From contig JWZX01001780.1 in NCBI GenBank assembly GCA_001275005.1, forward strand, positions 1 through 41,329: DNA of 41,329 nt. Direction: 5' to 3'. The stretch comes from Chrysochromulina tobinii. Its lineage: Eukaryota. A program made the position numbers and the translations under genes. Numbering within the stretch: position 1 is the stretch's first letter; each line of letters begins with the position of its first letter. The notes beneath the pieces were generated by a model. That model worked only from the letters and a program-made list of their open reading frames with translations. It did no database searches and was not told the origin of the DNA. Positions 34,387 to 41,329 of the stretch are shown piece by piece.

Positions 34387-36857
34387 GAGCCAGAGCCAGC
34401 GCCAGCACAGCGGCCGGGTTGGCTGGCTCGACGGCGGACAGCGCTGCGCCGCCCGTGGCGCGGCTTGACAGAGATGATGCGCTCGATCATGAGGATCTCG
34501 GCCAGCTCAGGCAGCACGAACTCGCACACGCACGCCCCACCACCACCCCCGCATGTACCGTCGCTGCCCTCGCACATGCGGATGCCGCGGCCCGCCGCCC
34601 GCACTGCCTCCTCCTCGATGTCCTCTTCCGCCGCCGCCACGGCATCGCCGCCGTCCTGGGCGCCCCACTCGGCGCGCCATCGGCTCAATTGGCGCTGCGC
34701 ACCAGCCGCGATGAGCTCGTCTTCTCGAACCCATGAGCACAAGCTTGGGCACATGTCGCGCCAGCGCACCAGGAACAGCTCGCCACGGCGCTCGACGGTC
34801 GAGGAGCCTCGACCGTCCACTGATGCGGACGAAGCAATTGACGAAGCAATTGACGAAGCCAAGGCTGCCGAGGCGGCCGCCGCGCAGCTTGCGCCCTTGG
34901 TGCCTTTGCCCAACGTGCCGCTCGGCGCGCCCTCGAAGGCGAGCCGGCGCCAGCCGTAGATGCGCTCGACACGTGCGCCACGCAGGACGCCTTTCCCAAA
35001 GTGCACGCCAAGCCGTCGCTCGAGCGGCGGAGCGGCGGTGGACGACGCAGGCGCTCCTCCTGTCGCTGCTGCCACAGCCTCCTGCACCTCGCTCTCCTCG
35101 TCCTCGTCCTCCGAGGACGACTCAGAAGATGAGGCGGCCGCGGCCGCAGCGGCGGCGGCGGCGGCGGCGCTGCGCGCGTGCACGTGCACGGCGGCGCAGC
35201 GCACCCGCGACAGATCGCCCCGAGACTCTCTGAACGACGTCGCGCCGCGCCCACGCTTAGCACCTGTCGAGGCGGCTGCGGATGCGGAGCGGGACGTCGA
35301 GGGCACGGGCGATGGCGATCGGTCATTGCCGCGCACAAACTTTGCTCCATCGCTCCCCGGCGCTCCGGCCGTTTCAAACTCGCCCTCCTCCTCCTCCTCC
35401 TCGTCGTCGTCGTTGTCGATCCTGTCCGTGTACGAGATACGAGCCACGCCAAGCAGCCGGTCGCTCCGTCGGCCAGCGTCGCCACCTCGTCGACTGCGCG
35501 GCCGCACGGCCCTATCCTCATCGTCGCTGCCGCTGCCGCTGCCGCTGCCGCTGCCGCTGCCGCTGCCACCATCGCTTCCGCTGCCGCTTCCGCTGCCGCT
35601 TCCGCTGCCGCTTCCGCTTCCGCTGCCGCTGCCGCTGCCGCTGCCGCTCGCGCCGCTGTTGCCACGGCCTCGATCGCGACGTCTAACCCCAGCCTTGCTC
35701 GACGACGTGTTCACCGGCACTCGCGCCTTGCCTTTCGACCGAGCGCCGTCCCGAGCGTCGTCTGCGCTGCCCTCGTCGTCGTCATCCGAGTTCGCACCGA
35801 TGGCGTCGTCGTAGGCCACCCGAGAATTCGTACGCGGCCGCAGCGCGCGCGAACCCGCCCGCGACGGCGCCGATGGCCGCGCCTCGGGGCCGCGAGCGCC
35901 TACGAGCACGCCGTCGCCACGCACGAGCCGCCCGCTGCTGTGCTCAGGACGACGCGACGACTCGAGGACGCCACCACCACCACCACCACCACCACCACCA
36001 CGAGATGCGAGGCCGCAGCGACGGCCGCCGCCGCCGTGTTCGGGTTCACCCTCGTCGCCGGCGAGCGGCACGCGACGCAGTTGCCGGGCGAGGGGCGCAA
36101 GCGCACGACGGAGCTGCGTCGCGTCGGTCGCCCGGCGCAAACGGGCGAGCCAACGTGCACGTCCCTCGCGCCATTCGGTACCCAGGGCGAGCGGCGCCAT
36201 CCCCTGCTGCTCCAGATACTCGACCATCTTGGCCAGCGCCTCGACCGTCTCGTGCTGGGCCACGCGAAAGCGCCACGTCTCGCGAAACTGCGCCCAGCTG
36301 CGTTGGTGCGAGGCCATCGGCATCGCCGCCTCCACCTCAAGCAGCTCGCGCTTCAGCGCCTTGAGGTCGGAAGTGCCCGCGCCGCCAGCCGCAGCTTCAT
36401 CGGTATGCGGCTCCTCCGTCTCGGGTGGCATCGGCGGCGCGTCGGCTGCACGGGCTGGGATGGCGGCTTGCGCTGTTCCACTCGCTGCGAGCGCGATGGG
36501 TGGGATGGCCTCGTCATCGCTGTCGTCAGCTGCCGCAGGCGCCACCGCCGCCTCCGCATCGCCGTCCTCGGACAAGTCGGAGACCTCGTCCTCAGACACA
36601 ATCCTGCCCGGCGGGAGGACTTGCGATGGGGCGCCACGGACGAGCCGTCGCAGCGTGGAATGGCTGGCCGGCCGTGGCGGCGCATCTGGGCCTCGCACGA
36701 CCTTGTTGAGTGGTACGGTCCTGCCGCGCACGGGCAGCACCTCATCATCCCAGAGCTCGTCGTCGCTCTCGATCTTCTGGATGGGCGCCTTCCGTAGGAG
36801 CGAGGGTGCAGGCGCCGGCGGTCTTGCAAGCGAAGGCAGGCGACCAGCTGTCGACAT
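29984..36857 (-). CDS. CHD-family SNF2 chromatin remodeler (tandem chromodomains + helicase); intron 33611-33698
   Basis: FLVRWRDM..CSW and LIKWRGLDYAQLSW chromodomains; LRGYQLEGINWL, ILADEMGLGKT, VDEAHRLKN, LLTGTPVQN, QLRKACNHP, SGKMVLLDKLL, DSDWNPQGD, RAHRIGQ. Confidence 0.92.
30744..30801 (-). mobile_element. Exonic in-frame (57-nt period) copy of the motif-B element with 19-nt duplication
   Basis: GCATGCAAGTGCTCACTACGGCGC (23/24 to the bromodomain intron) between GCGCACCCAGGGCCGGCTC and GCGCACCGAGGGCGGACTC. Confidence 0.8.
32637..32744 (-). repeat. Coding 12-bp minisatellite, 9 copies (ALN[P/S/L])
   Basis: GCGCTCAACYYG x9 within the CHD helicase region. Confidence 0.9.
33611..33698 (-). 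mobile_element. Introner-like intron (88 nt), motif A, 23-nt flanking duplication
   Basis: 33590-33612 vs 33678-33700 20/23 identical; CTGATGACCA x3; ends GATTGCCTCCCTCCTCAG. Confidence 0.88.
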
Positions 36858-36924
36858 GTGGCGGATTCGGAAGACGCGCTTCGCCGTGTGAACGTTAACA
36901 CGACCTCCGCGACAACCTGGTAGT

Positions 36925-36995
36925 TGTGTATCCCGGCTCCCCCGGTGTTTTTGTACCGGTGTGTGTCCCGGCTCCCCCCGGTGTCTTTTTACCGG
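36925..36995. repeat. ~35-bp tandem duplication in the divergent CHD/ART intergenic region
   Basis: TGTGT(A/G)TCCCGGCTCCCCC(C)GGTGT...TACCGG twice. Confidence 0.8.
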
Positions 36996-37059
36996 TAAAC
37001 ACTATTATTGCCGTGCGTCTTTTGGGTGTGAGGTCGAGGCGCTCTCTCGAGCGCAAGCC

Positions 37060-39318
37060 ATGCCTGACATGGAGGCTGTCGAGGCAGCCGCCAATGCTGG
37101 CGTGGCATCGCGCTTGCTCGAACTCGAAGAGGAGAACCTGACATTGCAACGGACCTGTCGAATGCAGCAGGATGAGATCGATCAATTGAGTGACGAGATC
37201 TATGATCTGCGCTGCGCCCAGGACAGCAGCGCAGCCAACGAAGAAGATGTTGCTGCCGCGCCAGCGGCACCACCAGCAGAGTCGCTAGCGCTCGCCACCG
37301 TAGAGATTCGCAAGGCCCGACAGCACACCGTCGCTATGCTGCGAGCGATCCGCACGCTCCAGGCCGCGGCCGGACTGCCCGCTGAAACGGACCCCACAAC
37401 CATGGGTGCAGGCCTCCGCAACATGGCTGTCGCCGAGCTTCGCCACCTAATGCGCCTGACCGAGGACGTGGTGCGCCACTCCCAGAGCGCCGTGGAGGCC
37501 CTGTCGATCGGCCGGCCTTTGACCTCGCGCGCACGCTACCTGCAGCCGCTAGCGGAGCTCATCGGTCCACCGCCGGCTACACGCACCTGGGAGGACGAGT
37601 GGATCGCCCTGAACGTGGAGGCCTTCGCGATCGCCGGCCGGATGGAGTGCGCCAACGAATTTCACGTCAAAATGCACGACACACCAGAGAGACTGCGAAC
37701 CAACTTTAGCCCAACCATCGACGACCTGCTCCGCTCACCCTCGTGGACGCGTGAGCGTGCGGAGCTGTACGTGTTGCTCGGAACCGCGGCAGGATCCATC
37801 AGCCGCGCGCTGCGCGGCCGCGATTCGTGCTACGTGGCCAGCACGTACGCGCTTTGCGAAGCTCTGTTTGAATCGCGCCCCGACTCGAGGAGCAAGCTAC
37901 CACCGCGGATGTTCCGCAACATGCTCGGCGAGTGCAGCCTCACCGAGGCGGAGCCGAACTGGAAGCAGCTCGAACAACCGGACGAGACGGGCTTCTGCGG
38001 CCTCACGAGCATGGCACTCACGCTCGTCGACTGCATGCCGCAGAGTTTCACCGAAACCGGCTTCGCTGTGCGCGTGGCAGCCAAGCACCGCGTTGAACAC
38101 AAGCCGGCTCCAGGAGACGTGGTTGCCTTCGACTCAGCGCCCGATGACGAACACGGCGCCCACACCGCCATCATTACTACCTCCAACAGACAGGCGTGCT
38201 TCCCGCCGAACACGCAATTCCGCCTCAAGGAAGTGTTCGGTGCTGGCGAATGGGAGGCGCCTGGAGGCAAGTTCCCACAGCAGCGTCTCCTTGTCGTGAC
38301 CGCCACTTACCATCCGCCTCGCTCGGATGTGGTGGGCAAGTTCTCGCAGCTCTTTGCCGACCAGCAGCCGAAGCTCTGCGGCAGTCGTGAAGCACTCATC
38401 TTCGGGCGGCCCGAGGCGTGCGCGCTAGGCCTCGACGGCCTAGCTGACAACCCAATGCTCTCCATGGCGGATGAGTTTGCGCGCGACCTCGAGTGGACGA
38501 CGTGGGAGGGCGCCAAATACACGCTCCGAAGCGAGTACGAATATGTTACGGGGTCGGCCGTGTCGGCGCCCTGCGGTGCGTCCGGCACACGAGACGAGGC
38601 GAATGACGGTAAGACGCTTGCCGACTTTCAGGCAGCTGCCAACGCGTGGATCGCCGACCGCCGGCGTAAGGGTCTCGGCACAATACCCGGAGAGAGCGCC
38701 CTGTTGACGCGTGACGAAGTGCTCGCCGTGCGACTGATCACGGGGCCCGCCCACCATCCGATCAACGGGTTCCTTCGCCAGACTTCAAAGGTCGTTGGCG
38801 AGCACCGGCGCATTCTAGCGCAGCACCCGAGCCTCACCTTTGCCGCGACCGTCGGCCACGTGTGCCGCGCCCTCCGCAAGCTCGCTGATGTGGCATCGGA
38901 GGAGGAGATCAGCACTCCCCTGTGGAGAGGCATGCGTGGAGCGGTGCCGAGCAGCTTCTGGGAGGAGGACTCGGGATTCATACCCACCTCGGCACGGCAG
39001 GGAGTAGTCGTCGAGCCTGCCTTTATGTCCACGTCGCGTCTAGAGCAGGCATGCATCGATTTCATGCAAGCCGATGGCCCCAATGTGCTGTGGGTGATCC
39101 AGCCACAGCCGGCGACAGGGGGCGTCGATTGCGCCTTCCACAGCGGGGCGAGTGTGAGCATACTTTCGCAGTTTGCCCACGAAGATGAAGTGCTCTTTGC
39201 GCCAGGAACGATGCTGCGTGCCACACCTGAGTCCACCACCGCGAGGGCGAGCGCTCCCTTCGAGGAGGCGGGTAAGAAGAGGTATCGCATGATCAAGGTC
39301 GTGCCCTCGGTGTTTTGA
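37060..39318 (+). CDS. Coiled-coil + ADP-ribosyltransferase (R-S-E type) domain protein, with a degenerate first ART-like domain
   Basis: EVLAVRLITGP..INGFLR, LWRGMRG (R), FMSTS (S-T-S), SQFAHEDEVLF (E-x-E); upstream echo MFRNMLG..LTS..FPPNTQFRL. Confidence 0.8.
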   Translation: MPDMEAVEAAANAGVASRLLELEEENLTLQRTCRMQQDEIDQLSDEIYDLRCAQDSSAANEEDVAAAPAAPPAESLALATVEIRKARQHTVAMLRAIRTLQAAAGLPAETDPTTMGAGLRNMAVAELRHLMRLTEDVVRHSQSAVEALSIGRPLTSRARYLQPLAELIGPPPATRTWEDEWIALNVEAFAIAGRMECANEFHVKMHDTPERLRTNFSPTIDDLLRSPSWTRERAELYVLLGTAAGSISRALRGRDSCYVASTYALCEALFESRPDSRSKLPPRMFRNMLGECSLTEAEPNWKQLEQPDETGFCGLTSMALTLVDCMPQSFTETGFAVRVAAKHRVEHKPAPGDVVAFDSAPDDEHGAHTAIITTSNRQACFPPNTQFRLKEVFGAGEWEAPGGKFPQQRLLVVTATYHPPRSDVVGKFSQLFADQQPKLCGSREALIFGRPEACALGLDGLADNPMLSMADEFARDLEWTTWEGAKYTLRSEYEYVTGSAVSAPCGASGTRDEANDGKTLADFQAAANAWIADRRRKGLGTIPGESALLTRDEVLAVRLITGPAHHPINGFLRQTSKVVGEHRRILAQHPSLTFAATVGHVCRALRKLADVASEEEISTPLWRGMRGAVPSSFWEEDSGFIPTSARQGVVVEPAFMSTSRLEQACIDFMQADGPNVLWVIQPQPATGGVDCAFHSGASVSILSQFAHEDEVLFAPGTMLRATPESTTARASAPFEEAGKKRYRMIKVVPSVF

Positions 39319-40110
39319 AAGTTGACACTAAGTTGACACGGGGGCGGGGTCTCTGACTCTCTGTCGAGTGCCGAGTGCCTCGGCCCCGCGAGCCGTGCAG
39401 CGTGTTCGGTACGGACGTACGGTAGACGGTGTACGGCTAGTACGGGCGCCCCGCGCGCACCGCACACGACAATCAGCACCGGGATACGATACAGCTTACT
39501 AGCAATCACCGGTCCGCGCGTGGCGTGTCGCGGGCGTGAACTGATCGCGGGCGTGATCGCCAGCCGTGTATTCCCCGCCGAGCCGCTGAATCACCGCTCG
39601 CTCGCTACCGCGCGCCGCCAGATGAAGCGAAGTGAAATTGGTACATTAACCATCATGGTTCGACGAGTCCCCGTTATACCGGTCGATCGCGGGACGCCGT
39701 AATCATGGTGATCGGAACGATCGTCCGTCCGGGTATTCGTCGGCGCGGCGAAGCGTGGACGCCAGGACGGTCCGCGGCGTCCACCGGCGAGTTCGCACGG
39801 AGCTGGGCCGGGTAAATCGTTCGATGAGCGCGTCACCGCGTCTATTTTTACGCGCGCCCGACCGCACTACGAGTACTAATTTCCGCGCGCCTCGCCCGGC
39901 CGCACGTGTTACTCGAAAGCGATCGTACACCAACGAGAGACCGCTGCCCATTTAATAGCCCGCCCGCGCCGCACGCGCACGACTGTGTGCGCGGCGAGTT
40001 GGCGTCATGAAGCGCATGCTGCAGCTCCCGTTCGCACGGGGATCCCGCTCCGCGGCTAAAGCGATGCGTGGCCCGTGTGCTCGTGCCCTATCCACCGGTG
40101 CCGTTAGGCC

Positions 40111-40157
40111 AGGTCATCTGTGAAGGTCATCTGTGAAGGTCATCTGTGAAGGGCATC
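40111..40157. repeat. 13-bp tandem repeat (~3.5 copies)
   Basis: AGGTCATCTGTGA repeated, downstream of the bromodomain gene. Confidence 0.8.
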
Positions 40158-40332
40158 CGCTTCACAGGCGCAAGGACCTGCGGCGGACCGCTACCTGGAC
40201 CTCTGCTCCATCCCCAGCTCCTCCTGGGACGTCTTCGGGGCGCCGACTTAGGCGCTTACCGGCGCTCGTGGCAGCTCCTGGGCTTCCGCTGCCCCGCCCT
40301 GCTTTGCTCATACGCCGTCGATTCGTCGCACC

Positions 40333-41113
40333 TCATGGCGCACCCCCTGTGAGTGAGATGGTGGCTGCAAGCAGCGAGCGCACGTGCATGTCGAGCCGGA
40401 TGAAGGTCTTGGGCTCGAGCGCGTCCACGTCAATCTTGATTTCGCGCCCGTCGGCGCACGTCTCGACCGCATGCGACGAGAACGCCTCGGCGAGCCGCCC
40501 GATCTGCACTCGCTGGTCGTCGCTCAGCTTGACGACGTTGTCAAGAAGCTGGTGGCGCATCTGCGGCGTGATGAAGAAGGGCGCTCCGCTCTGCACAGGC
40601 ACGTTGCCCACACCACGAATGGACAGAGGCGGCGCGCGCGTCACGCCGGACGGCTTGCGTGCGAGGCCAGGAGGACGAGATTCGGCCTCCGAGAACTTCT
40701 TGGACGCAATCGAGCGCATCTCGTCAATGTACTTTTTGATCCACGAGTTCGGGCCGTTGTAGGTGAGTGCGTTCTGCCAGACGAGGTCGACGTCCGCGCG
40801 CAGCGCCGCCACAGTCTCGTACTCTAGGCTCTCGAGCTTTCGAAGGATGGTGCTCAAATCCATCGGATGCTCGATCACCTGTGGGGAAGGGGGGGGCGCC
40901 GTGGTGAGCACTTGCATGCAGGGCCGGTGGAGCTCAAATCCATCGGATGCTCGATCACCTCGAGGTAGTTCCACAACTGCAATTTCTGCCAGTCGACCGG
41001 GTCCTTGAAGTATTTGGCCGACGGCTGCTGACGCAAGAGCCTGATCACCTTGTGGTACCTGCTCGCTACCTCCTCGCGCCCCTCGAGGTACCTGGCACCG
41101 CCGCCGCCGCCGC

Positions 41114-41154
<41 letters not shown>

Positions 41155-41329
41155 TCGTGGCCGTTCGAGGCGCCGCCCAACACGACGCTCCTGCTGTTCC
41201 CGCCCGCGCCCGGCGCAGCGCTCACTGGCGGAGCGGCCCTGTAGGAGGACGGGGCCGGCGCCGGCGCCGGCGCCGGCGCGGGCGCGGGCTCCAGCTTTGC
41301 GGCCGGTGGTGGCCGCGGCTTGGCGGCTG
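40333..41329 (-). CDS. Bromodomain + ET domain (BET/GTE-like) protein, 5'-truncated by the window edge; intron 40879-40958
   Basis: FKDPVD..LWNYLE|VIEHPMDLSTI..DVDLVWQNALTYN; ET-like EIKIDVDALEPKTFIRL; frame open to the window end. Confidence 0.9.
40879..40958 (-). mobile_element. Introner-like intron (80 nt), motif B, 29-nt perfect flanking duplication
   Basis: 40852-40880 = 40932-40960; internal TGCATGCAAGTGCTCACCACGGCGCCCCCCCCTTCCCCACAG. Confidence 0.9.

Noticed and set aside
34150..34390. GCC/GCA microsatellites (also ~21360-21420, 35525-35645, 41098-41152) as separate elements
   Set aside because: In-frame poly-Ala/Gly/GS low-complexity tracts, common in GC-rich algal exons.
39330..40100. 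Possible ncRNA or gene between the ART and bromodomain genes
   Set aside because: Only short ORFs; no tRNA/snRNA signature or convincing structure recognised by eye.

Overview
GC-rich, gene-dense eukaryotic DNA with short spliceosomal introns. Gene content and intron style suggest a haptophyte alga (Chrysochromulina-like; inference). About 15 genes: ERO1, a GT61-like glycosyltransferase fused to GDP-mannose 4,6-dehydratase, a GT-like protein, a small membrane protein, a cNMP-binding/coiled-coil protein, a POT/MFS transporter, a RING/IBR-ankyrin-LRR protein, a NEF1-like membrane protein, a SAM methyltransferase, a 2OG-Fe(II) oxygenase, a hypothetical protein, a TTLL tubulin glutamylase, a CHD remodeler, an ADP-ribosyltransferase-domain protein and a partial bromodomain-ET gene. 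The main signal is an apparent intron-generating insertion system. 11 of the 14 introns I could define, in 7 unrelated genes, share motif A (10-mer CTGATGACCA-type arrays ending GATTGCCTCCCTCATCAG) and/or motif B (TGCATGCAAGTGCTCACCACGGCG). Eight of them carry a 17-35 nt duplication of the flanking exon that supplies one splice site. One copy of the same element sits in frame, apparently unspliced, inside a CHD exon. All exon/intron models were read by eye, without transcript data.
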